Source of the DNA: Candidatus Giovannonibacteria bacterium RIFCSPLOWO2_01_FULL_46_13
GTDB taxonomy: Bacteria > Patescibacteriota > Minisyncoccia > JACPKW01 > UBA11713
Reading direction: 5' to 3'
Assembly (NCBI GenBank): GCA_001778785.1
Contig: MFIE01000007.1
Coordinates: forward strand, 27,066-65,992
DNA: 38,927 bases
Below, in pieces: positions 25,677 through 34,600 of this stretch (the first letter of the stretch is position 1; every line of letters starts with the position of its first letter). A program made the translations under genes and the position numbers. The notes under the pieces were generated by a model. The model had not been told where the DNA came from, did not search any database, and was given only the letters and a program-made list of their open reading frames with translations.

Positions 25677-25746
25677 CCATTTCCTCCTTCTTGCTTTGTT
25701 TGGGTTATGTCTAGCATTAAATCGGGATTTTTTCAATAATGTACGT

Positions 25747-26283
25747 ATGGCCAAGATAACCATATTCGGGCTGGCGGGGACAGGGACAAGCTCCACCGGA
25801 AAAATGCTTGCTGAAAAGCTAGGCTATACTTTTATGTCTTCCGGAAATATGTTTAGGAAAATGGCTGAGGAGACGAACCATACTTTAAAAGAATTGGAGG
25901 AGCTTTCAAAAAAGGAATCAAAATACGATATTGAACTTGACCAAAAAATAAAAAAGTTTGGGGAAGAAAATAATAATTTTATAGTTGAATCCCGTTTGGC
26001 TTGGTATTTTATTCCGGATTCCCTGAAAATAAAATTAACATGCGATTTCGATGCAAGGATCGAAAGGATCGCCAATCGCGAGGGGATTTCTGCCCAAGAA
26101 GCCAAGGAGCACACCATCCATCGCGAGGAGGCAATTTTTGAACGATACGCCAGATATTACGGCATCACGGACTTCTCGGATGATAAGTTCGATTTGGTAA
26201 TCAACAACACCGATATACCTTTGTCAGGAGTTGTAGAAAAAATAGAAAATTTTATTAAATCATCCTCCCTGTTGCCACTGTAA
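25747..26283 (+). CDS. cytidylate-kinase-like (family 2 / archaeal-type) nucleotide kinase with atypical P-loop
   Basis: ATG at 25747 inside ORF 25555..26283. ITIFGLAGTGTSSTGKMLAEKLGY, IVESRLAWYF, ARIERIANREGIS..REEAIFERYARYYGI, FDLVINNT resemble archaeal-type Cmk. Confidence 0.65.
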   Translation: MAKITIFGLAGTGTSSTGKMLAEKLGYTFMSSGNMFRKMAEETNHTLKELEELSKKESKYDIELDQKIKKFGEENNNFIVESRLAWYFIPDSLKIKLTCDFDARIERIANREGISAQEAKEHTIHREEAIFERYARYYGITDFSDDKFDLVINNTDIPLSGVVEKIENFIKSSSLLPL

Positions 26284-26841
26284 AATCCAATCCATTGGAT
26301 AGATGAGCATTATTATGTTCAGCGTAAGGTTGTCGCGGATGTGGTAGCCGACAAAAACTTCCATGGTGACTATTAAAGAAACTGTGAGCCAGACGGGGAA
26401 GCGCCAGGCGGCGATAAACCCGAGGACCATCGCGACGGTATCGAAAAAAGAATTTATAACTGAATCGCCGTAGTAATCGAGGGAGATCGTGACTTCGCGG
26501 TAGCGGTTTATCACCATGTCGGTATTTTCAAAAACTTCCCAAGCGACTTCCGCGATTATCGCCAAAAGGAGCCCCAACCCAAAGGGCAGGTTCCACTTTT
26601 TTCTCAAAAAAGAATAAATCCAGTAAAAAACGAACCCGTGGATTATGTGCGAAAAAGTGTACCAGTCGGAAATATGCTGGGAATTTTCGGATGAAAAAGT
26701 AATCCCGTGCCACAATTTTATGTATCCGCATTTGCAGATCCAAACCTGTCCCATTTGGTGTAAAATCAGAATGAATGCGATGATGACTGCGGTGCTCAAA
26801 AGTAGATAAGTTTTCGGCGATGCATTAAAAAACCTCTGCAT
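26260..26841 (-). CDS. DUF2585/UPF0314-family membrane protein
   Basis: CKCGYIKLWHGITFSSENSQHISDWYTFSHIIHGFVFY matches my memory of the UPF0314 signature. About 5 TM helices. Its 3' end overlaps the convergent cmk-like gene by 24 nt. Confidence 0.7.
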   Translation of the reverse strand: MQRFFNASPKTYLLLSTAVIIAFILILHQMGQVWICKCGYIKLWHGITFSSENSQHISDWYTFSHIIHGFVFYWIYSFLRKKWNLPFGLGLLLAIIAEVAWEVFENTDMVINRYREVTISLDYYGDSVINSFFDTVAMVLGFIAAWRFPVWLTVSLIVTMEVFVGYHIRDNLTLNIIMLIYPMDWILQWQQGG

Positions 26842-27023
26842 TATATATATTTAAAAATTACGATACTAAGGGCGATAACAAAAAGTACTATCAATGCTGC
26901 ATACACGTACCCAATTAACCCAAGCTCTTTCTTGGAAATTGGAAATTTTTTAACAAATGGGCCGAGAATCAGGACGCCGCTTAAAATAAGTTCTGGTAAA
27001 TATTCAAGAAAACGTTGTGTCAT
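26841..27023 (-). CDS. hypothetical 60-aa two-TM membrane protein
   Basis: Hydrophobic ORF whose stop overlaps the DUF2585 start (TAATG). TACAAT lies 5 nt upstream of its ATG. Confidence 0.45.
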   Translation of the reverse strand: MTQRFLEYLPELILSGVLILGPFVKKFPISKKELGLIGYVYAALIVLFVIALSIVIFKYI

Positions 27024-27068
27024 GCATTATTGTACGAGTAAAAAGGATAATATCGGGCATCTATTAAA

Positions 27069-28874
27069 TTATATTCCTTTCTTTGCGCGGGAGCGATCGG
27101 ATTCCGTCAAAAATTGTTTGCGTAAGCGCACCGATCGCGGAGTGACTTCGAGATATTCGTCTTCGGCCATTATTTCGAGCCCGCGTTCGATGGAGAGTTC
27201 GTATGGAGGGACGAGGTCGATTGCCTCGTCTGATAATTTCGAACGGGTGTTGGAAAGTTCTTTTCCTTTGGTTGGGTTCACATACATCTCTTCGCCCTTG
27301 GAAGTATTCCCTATGACCATTCCTGCGTAGACGTCCGCTTGCGGGCTAATGTATAAAGTTCCGCGCTCCTGCAAGCCCCAAAGCGAAAATCCTAAAGTTT
27401 TTCCGTTGGCCATTGAAATCATGGACCCCTGCGGGCGTTTTTTAATCTCTCCGGCGTGCGGCCTAAATTCTATGAAGCGCGAGGAGAGAATTCCTTCTCC
27501 CTTGGTGTCGATTACAAATTGAGACCTATATCCCAAAAGCCCTCTTGTCGGCCCCTCGAAGAAAAGACGGATGGTTTCTGCGTGGTGCGTAATATTTTTT
27601 AACGTAAAGGCGCGGGTTCCCAAGCGCTCAATTATTGCTCCTTGGAATTCCGAAGGCGTATCCACAACAACTTCCTCGAACGGTTCCATTTTCTGTCCGG
27701 CCTCTTCGCGGATGATCACTTGCGGCTGGGAAACTTGGACTTCGTAGCCCGCGCGGCGCATGTTTTCTAACAAGATCGCGATATGGAATTCCCCGCGGCC
27801 GTAGACACGGAAAGTATCGGAGGATGTGAAGTCAACTTTAAGCCCGACATTAACTTCAAGTTCGCGCTCTAAATATTCCCGGATCTGTCGGGATGTGACG
27901 AATTTTCCCTCACGCCCTCCAAAAGGGGAATTGTTTACCAAAAAAGTTAAGGAGATCGTTGGCTCGTCTACTTTTATCGCCGGGAGCGCTTCAGTATTTT
28001 CGTCCGCAGTTATAGTCTCGCCGATGTCGATATCGGCAAGTCCGGCGACCATGACGATATCGCCCGCGATGGCCTCCTCGGTTTCTATTTTCTCGAGTCC
28101 CTTGAAGGTATAAATTTTTGTGATTTTCCCCTGCCTGACGGTAGGCAGGCTTTGCGGGTTTTCAACATTTTTTATAAAAATATTTTCCTGGTTTTTTAAA
28201 ATCCCGTCGTAGACTCGTCCTATCGCCAAGCGTCCCAAGAAATTGTCGTAACCCAAATTGAACGGCTGGAAACGTAAGGGTTTTGCGGACTTGTCCGCCG
28301 ATGAGGCGGATGGAATGTGCGAGACGATTGTCTCGAGAAGGGGAGTAAGGTCTTTTGAGTCTTCGTCTAATTTAAGTTTTGCAACGCCTGTGCGGCCAAT
28401 GGCGTAGACCACTGGAAAATTGGCCTGGTCGTCGTTTGCGCCCAACTCCAAAAATAATTCCAAAACCTGCTCCTCGCATTTATGGGGGTCAGCCGCGGAT
28501 TTGTCTATTTTATTTATAACGACAATTGGTTTTAAGCCTAGCTCCAAGGATTTTTTCAAAACGAAACGCGTCTGCGGCATCGGCCCTTCTTGGGCGTCAA
28601 CAACCAACAAGACCGAATCTATTGAGCGCAAAACACGCTCCACCTCGGATCCGAAGTCGGCGTGTCCCGGAGTGTCCACGATATTAATTTTGTTCCCCTT
28701 GTATGTAATGGAAGCGTTTTTGGAATAAATAGTAATTCCGCGCTCCTGTTCGAGTGTGTTTGAATCCATGGAAACTCCTTCGCCGATCGCGCCTGCTTGG
28801 CGCATCAAAGCATCGGTAAGGGTGGTTTTCCCGTGGTCTACGTGAGCGATGATGGCTATATTTCTAATTTCCAT
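27069..28874 (-). CDS. typA: translational GTPase TypA/BipA
   Basis: The start at MEIRNIAIIAHVDHGKTTLTDALM (ATG is rc of 28872-28874) is preferred over the track's 5-codon-longer start. DTPGHADF, NKIDK. Confidence 0.95.
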   Translation of the reverse strand: MEIRNIAIIAHVDHGKTTLTDALMRQAGAIGEGVSMDSNTLEQERGITIYSKNASITYKGNKINIVDTPGHADFGSEVERVLRSIDSVLLVVDAQEGPMPQTRFVLKKSLELGLKPIVVINKIDKSAADPHKCEEQVLELFLELGANDDQANFPVVYAIGRTGVAKLKLDEDSKDLTPLLETIVSHIPSASSADKSAKPLRFQPFNLGYDNFLGRLAIGRVYDGILKNQENIFIKNVENPQSLPTVRQGKITKIYTFKGLEKIETEEAIAGDIVMVAGLADIDIGETITADENTEALPAIKVDEPTISLTFLVNNSPFGGREGKFVTSRQIREYLERELEVNVGLKVDFTSSDTFRVYGRGEFHIAILLENMRRAGYEVQVSQPQVIIREEAGQKMEPFEEVVVDTPSEFQGAIIERLGTRAFTLKNITHHAETIRLFFEGPTRGLLGYRSQFVIDTKGEGILSSRFIEFRPHAGEIKKRPQGSMISMANGKTLGFSLWGLQERGTLYISPQADVYAGMVIGNTSKGEEMYVNPTKGKELSNTRSKLSDEAIDLVPPYELSIERGLEIMAEDEYLEVTPRSVRLRKQFLTESDRSRAKKGI

Positions 28875-28923
28875 AAGAAAACCCCGCACAGCGGGACTTT
28901 CTTAAGATAGAACAAAAACTCGT

Positions 28924-30087
28924 TTATTTCAAGACCTCCCAGATTTTGGGGTCCTCTCCTCCGTCGATTTTGAATATCGCGATTCCTCGTACCCCCAATT
29001 TTTTAGCGAGGGCGACTTTCTGCCGGATTGATTCTGCATCAGACCACCAAACGACCCGGAATGACCACGGCAAAGTCGAAATAGACTGGGCGGGTGATAG
29101 TGAGGAGAGGGAGTTTGGTGGGTTTGATTCAACCTCGGCCGGAGCGACTGTTGTTGGCATGAAGTCGATATACGAAAAACTCATTTCTCCCGCGCGATTT
29201 CGCTGCGTAGTTAAGCCCATTTTCAAAGCCAAGTCGGTGGCATATTTTGGATTGAAGGCCCAAAGTTTTTGATAACTAAAGCCCGACGAAAGGGGAGTCG
29301 CGTCCCACTCGTATCCGTATGTCGCGACACCGATGACAAGTTTACGTGCCGGAATATTTTTCTTGGCCAATGTAACTACGGACTCGACCCATTTTGGGTC
29401 GGCGATAGGTATGTATGGATTTGTGCCGGCTCGGTTTGCGGTAAGGTCCGCCCTCTGTTGGTCGTATGTCATTATTCGCACTCGGTCGCAGTATTTGTTT
29501 ATTTCAACATAGTCGTTCGCATATTCTATGTCGTCCGGAATATTGTCGTACCTTCTCTCAAGCGGGGTTCGTGCTTCTATAGTGCACATTACCCACTTAT
29601 TTCCCATTTTTGGATACAGTTCGCGCAGGAATGCCGAAAAATAGTCTTTAGTTTCTGCTTTCTTCCCTTCAAAGTCCAAATCAATCCCACTCCAGCCGTA
29701 TTCATAAACGTTGGCGACAATCTGGTCCACAAGCTGGCCTCGGGAAAATGGGTCGCTCAAAATATTGTGCATAGCCTCCCCATCGGACCACATTATAGTC
29801 GGGATATACCTGATTTTCTTGGCTTTCGCGGCCGCTTGCAGTTCCTGCCAGCGCGATTCTTCGAGATGCAGTGAGCCGTCGTATAGCGCCCCGTCATTGG
29901 TGATGCTTAAGCCGAAAGGGTTAATTTCCTTCAATTTATTGAGATTGGCTGTTGCATCGGCTATGCCTTCATCTATACGCCAATAGGGGATCCACCCCGA
30001 ATATTCAAAGGGCGCGGATTGAGCTTGGGAGATACTAGGAAGAAGCATTGACAATCCTAGCAAGGCTAAAAATATTTGTTTATTCAT
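28924..30087 (-). CDS. secreted glycoside hydrolase family 18 (chitinase/YaaH-like)
   Basis: Signal peptide MNKQIFLALLGLSMLLPSISQA and catalytic block WSGIDLDFEG (DxDxE). Confidence 0.8.
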   Translation of the reverse strand: MNKQIFLALLGLSMLLPSISQAQSAPFEYSGWIPYWRIDEGIADATANLNKLKEINPFGLSITNDGALYDGSLHLEESRWQELQAAAKAKKIRYIPTIMWSDGEAMHNILSDPFSRGQLVDQIVANVYEYGWSGIDLDFEGKKAETKDYFSAFLRELYPKMGNKWVMCTIEARTPLERRYDNIPDDIEYANDYVEINKYCDRVRIMTYDQQRADLTANRAGTNPYIPIADPKWVESVVTLAKKNIPARKLVIGVATYGYEWDATPLSSGFSYQKLWAFNPKYATDLALKMGLTTQRNRAGEMSFSYIDFMPTTVAPAEVESNPPNSLSSLSPAQSISTLPWSFRVVWWSDAESIRQKVALAKKLGVRGIAIFKIDGGEDPKIWEVLK

Positions 30088-30138
30088 ATTAATGAAGACG
30101 TATTAGCCGCTAAAATCATATTTCCCAGCTGTTTTGTG

Positions 30139-30209
30139 CTGCCGGGCAGGGACTCGAACCCCAATACCATGCTTCAGAGGCATGTGTCCTACCATTAGAC
30201 GACCCGGCA
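30139..30209 (-). tRNA. tRNA-Gln (anticodon CTG)
   Basis: The reverse strand reads tgccggg..catgc-ct-CTG-aa-gcatg..ggggttcgagtccctgcccggca-g. U1:A72 is typical of bacterial tRNA-Gln. No CCA encoded. Confidence 0.9.
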
Positions 30210-30290
30210 ATAACGTGAATAATATCTTAAAAAGCTTGTAGCTTCAATATATTTGGGCTAATGTGAGGTGAAAATTAGAAGGAGGGTGTA

Positions 30291-31082
30291 ATGAGAATTA
30301 AATCATTGTTCGTTTACCCGGTGAAATCTTGCAAAGGCTTTGAGGTTAATGAATTGCAACTTGAACAATCTGGCCCAAAATGGGATCGGGAATTTATGGT
30401 CGTGGATGCTGACGGTAAATTCTTAAGCCAACGAGAATGTCCAAAATTGGCATTGATAAGCGTGATTGTTCGGACCGCCTCGGTGTTAATTGTGAAACCA
30501 TGGAGCGACCTTCTCATCCCCTTGGAAAACCATGCAAGCAAGCCGATCAATGTTGAAGTGTGGGGCGACAGGGTCGAGGCTCTCGACCAAGGGGATGTTC
30601 CGTCTAGATTCTTCAGTGATTTTTTGGAGAGAAGTTGCCGTCTGGTCCGTTATTGTAAGCCCAGAATGCGATATTCTGATTTTTTCAGTGGATCTGTGCA
30701 AGTTAGCTTCGCCGATGCTTATCCACTACTCATTATCTCGCAGGGTTCATTAGATGATCTGAATCGGCGCCTTTCCAGGCATATTTCTATGGATCGTTTC
30801 AGGCCAAATATTGTGGTGGAGGGCGTTAAGCCATATGCAGAGGACGATTGGGGCAGCCTTCAAATTAATGGGGTTTCGCTTCGCGGAGGGCCGCTTTGCG
30901 TAAGGTGCGTTATAACTACTACCGATCAAGATACTGCAATTACCGGGAAAGAGCCTTTAGCTACGCTCGCTAAATACAGAAAACGAGAAAAAGGCGTTGT
31001 CTTTGGACGGAATTTCGCCCATTTGACCATTGGTTCAATAAGAAAAGGTGATGTAGTCTCACTCTTAGAGAAGAAAAACTAG
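30291..31082 (+). CDS. MOSC domain protein (YcbX-like, N-terminal beta-barrel plus MOSC)
   Basis: IKSLFVYPVKSCKG.., FADAYPLLIISQGSLDDLN, RFRPNIVV, conserved Cys in LCVRCVITTTD. Strong SD AGGAGGG upstream. Confidence 0.85.
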   Translation: MRIKSLFVYPVKSCKGFEVNELQLEQSGPKWDREFMVVDADGKFLSQRECPKLALISVIVRTASVLIVKPWSDLLIPLENHASKPINVEVWGDRVEALDQGDVPSRFFSDFLERSCRLVRYCKPRMRYSDFFSGSVQVSFADAYPLLIISQGSLDDLNRRLSRHISMDRFRPNIVVEGVKPYAEDDWGSLQINGVSLRGGPLCVRCVITTTDQDTAITGKEPLATLAKYRKREKGVVFGRNFAHLTIGSIRKGDVVSLLEKKN

Positions 31083-31084
31083 GC

Positions 31085-31121
31085 AAAAAAACGGGAGTAC
31101 TCAAAAAGTACCCCGTTTTTT
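31085..31121 (+). terminator. intrinsic terminator after the MOSC gene
   Basis: A-run, then acggg(a)gtact pairs with agtaccccgt (10 bp with one bulge), then T6 (31116-31121). Confidence 0.65.
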
Positions 31122-31636
31122 AAAACTTTTTAAATTTGCACGATCCATAATATAAAAAACCTTATTATTTCTAGCGTTTTCCTATATTTTTGGCAGTTTC
31201 TTGACGAGAGTGCTAGTTTAGTATGGTTTACTATACCTTTTTAAATATTTGACAAGTTGTTATCCACAAAGGATACCTGTATTTCCCCTTGTGTATTGGT
31301 TGTGTATATATTTATAATGATTAAAGGCAACGAAAGCTATCCCTTCTAACATGGGTGATTTGCTTTGTTGTAGCGGACCTTGACAATAGAATAATAACGG
31401 TTGAATGACAGAAAATGTTTTTTGGTTCGTCACACAATTATAACCTTAGATAATTAACCGGAGTCACGGGTCCGGTCGATCTCTCTCAATATGTCGAAGT
31501 TTCGCCACATTGAAGGGGAAAATGGCTTGACTCCTTATATCAGGAACATTATTAGTTTGGTTATTAACGCGTAGTTTTTTGGAATGTCGAAATCTCAAGA
31601 ATCTACGTTTAACTTATTAGAAAAAATTACTAAATC

Positions 31637-34600
31637 ATGAGTATTCGAACAAAGAAAGCTGCGAATAAAATCGCTGTTACTTTCTTAAGCGTCTCGACGG
31701 CTTTGTTCTTGTCGGGCGCTTCTTTAACTGTACCGTTGGTAGCAAACGCTGCTTTAACGGAATCACAGATACAGTCAATCCTCTCTCTCTTATCATCGTT
31801 CGGAGCTGACCAAAGCACGATCAATAACGTAAATGCATCGTTGCGAGGACAGCCGACGACCCCAGTACCTCCTTCAACGACTGGAAACTGTGGATTTACC
31901 AGAAGCCTTTCATTAGGCATGACAGGTAATGACGTAAAATGCTTACAGCAATACTTGAACTCCGTAGGATTTCAAGTATCCACTTCTGGCGCTGGTGCCC
32001 CAGGAATGGAAACAACTTATTTTGGCGCTAAGACAAAAGCAGCTGTCGTAAAATGGCAGGCCGCTAACGGAGTTTCTCCGACATCTGGTTTATTTGGACC
32101 GATTTCTCGAGCCAAATACAATTCGATGGCAGGAACACCAGGAACGCCGGGCACACCTGGAACTCCAGGGACCCCAGGAACACCAGGAACGCCTGGAACA
32201 CCGGCTGGCACACAACTGATGATCGCTCCTGGAACACAGCCAGCTAACTCATTGGCGCCTCAGAACGCGGCTCGAGTACCTTTTACTACAGTTAGATTTA
32301 CTGCCGGCACTGACGGTGACATAACAGTAAATGGAGTAACGGTAGAAAGAGGAGGCTTGGCCGCCGACACTTCATTCGATGGAGTCGTTCTCTTGGATGA
32401 AAACGGCGTACAGCTAGGAATTTCAAAGACTTTGAACTCTTCTCACCAGGCAACTGTCGGAGAAGCATTTGTAGTAAAAGCTGGACAATCTAGAACGGTG
32501 ACTGTTGCGGCTAACATGGACTCTGATCTATCGCAGGAAGCTGGCCAGGTGGCCACTTTCTCGGTTGTTGGAGTGAATTCTGCAGCTACATTAACAGGGT
32601 CACTACCAATCTCTGGAGCTCAGCACACAATTAACGCGAGCTTAACTATAGGTTCGGTAACTGTATCGAGAGGATCTTTGGATCCTGGTGCCAATCAGAC
32701 AAAAGAGGTTGGAACGACTAACTACACCTTCGCGTCGGTAAAGGTTACCGCCGGATCTGCCGAGAAAGTTTACTTGACGCACATCCGCTGGAACCAGACT
32801 GGTTCTACCGGATCTGGTGATCTTGCTAATCTGAAGACATATGTCGACGGCACTGCCTACGACACGATGGCTTCTGTGGATGGCAAGTACTTCACCGCAA
32901 CCTTCCCCGGAAAAGGAATTCTCCTGGATAAAGGATTTTCCGCTGATATTTCCGTCAAAGGAGACATCGTCGGTGGTTCTGCTAGGACTATAGACTTCGA
33001 TATTGCCAAGCAGACAGATATAGGGTTGAAAGGGGAAACCTATGGCTATGGACTTATTCCGCCGTTGGCAGGTAGCGCTGCTACAGCCGATGGTTCTGCC
33101 TTCAATAATGCTGAAGATCCATACTATGACGCGTCTCAAGTTACGGTATCCACCGGAACTATAAACGTTTCAGTTGCGACAGCGGTCTCGGCGCAGAATA
33201 TTGCCATAAACGTATTGGGTCAGCCTTTGGGTGCCCTTGCGGTTGACGTCAAAGGAGAAGCGATCTCCGTTCAATCAATGATCTTCAATGTATCGTTGGT
33301 TGGCGAAGGAGCTAACGATGACGTAGACGATATAACTAACGCTCAATTGGTTGATCAGAACGGCGCAGTCCTTTCGACCGCGGACGGTTCTGCGACCGAT
33401 GCTAGCGGAAATGAAGGAACAATTACCTTCTCTGACACCATCACTTTCCAGCCAGGAATTACCACTCTTACTTTTAAGGGTAAAGTTGGATCTGACATAG
33501 ACGGCGATACAACTATTGCCGCTTCTACGACTCCTTCAGGCTGGTCAACAGTAAGGGGATTGACGACTGGAAACACGGTTACTCCGGCTCCGTCTTCCGC
33601 GCTTAACATGCCGAGGATGACTGTAAAAGCTGGGGCATTGACGGTATCGGCGCAGACCGTGCCGACCGCGCAGACTATCATCGCAGGCGCGTCTCAATTC
33701 GAGTTCGCCCGCTATAACTTCGATGCGACCGGTTCAGGTGAGGATATCCGCTTGGTATCCATACCGCTTACTTATGGTGTTGCTACAGGAAATGCCAACG
33801 ACCTTACAAATTGCAAACTCTACGATGGAGCAACTGTGGTCAACGCTTCGAATATTATCAACCCGACGTCTGAATCTTCATCCACGAGCTTCACCTTCGA
33901 CGGCACAGGCTTGACCCTCACCAAAGGGCAATCGAAGATTATCTCGCTTAAATGCGACCTTCGCTCAGGCTCCACGGGCTCTTACCTCTGGGGTTTGGAT
34001 ACAGCAGAGGCAACTAGCTTTACTGGTGCCACAGGACTGACTTCCGGATCGACCATTACGGAGACTCTCTCCGAATCCAATGGACAGGCGATGACTGCGG
34101 CTTCGGGGGGCACACTGACCGCGGCTCTTGATTCAGCTAGCCCGACATACAAAGTTGTATCGGCTGGAATGACCAATGTTGAGCTTGCCAGAATAAGGTT
34201 CACGGCTTCGAATGAGGCTGTCGACTTGAGACAGGTTTCCTTGCAATTAACAGGAGCTGGTTCAACAACCGCTTCGTCGACTCCGAACGACCTTGTCGGC
34301 AGAGTAGTCTCGTTGTGGACGACCGACGGCGTGCAGATTGGAACCGCGAACTTCTCAACGCAGGAAGACTACGCGACTTCCTCGGCAATTGCCTCGGGCG
34401 CGTTCCGAGTTGCTAAGGACACTTCAAAGGTCCTTGTTGTGAAGGGAGATGCATCGAGCATCTGTACTTCCTGCGATATCACCACTTCTGGAGACTTCCT
34501 GAAGGTTGACTACGATGGCAACAACATCGGAATCAACGGGAACTACGGAGTTGGTGTTTCGTCTGGAGCCAACGTTACGCCTACAGGTGGCGACACGGCT

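Noticed and set aside
28875-28896. Hairpin cccgc-aca-gcggg between GH18 and typA, considered as a terminator
   Set aside because: The stem is only 5 bp and the T-run abuts the typA start codon. It may be a weak attenuator or just an operon spacer, which is not enough to call.
31122-31636. The AT-rich 515-bp region considered as the chromosomal replication origin
   Set aside because: It has only one perfect DnaA box and a few weak ones, and no dnaA, dnaN or rpmH nearby. Gene orientation around it is mixed (rpsF operon and ychF are on minus to the right). GC skew cannot be evaluated by eye. It is kept only as a low-interest DnaA-box note.
32017-32211. Minus-strand ORF encoding (GVP)8
   Set aside because: It is the antisense reading of the (GTP)8 repeat inside the large surface-protein gene and is not an independent gene.
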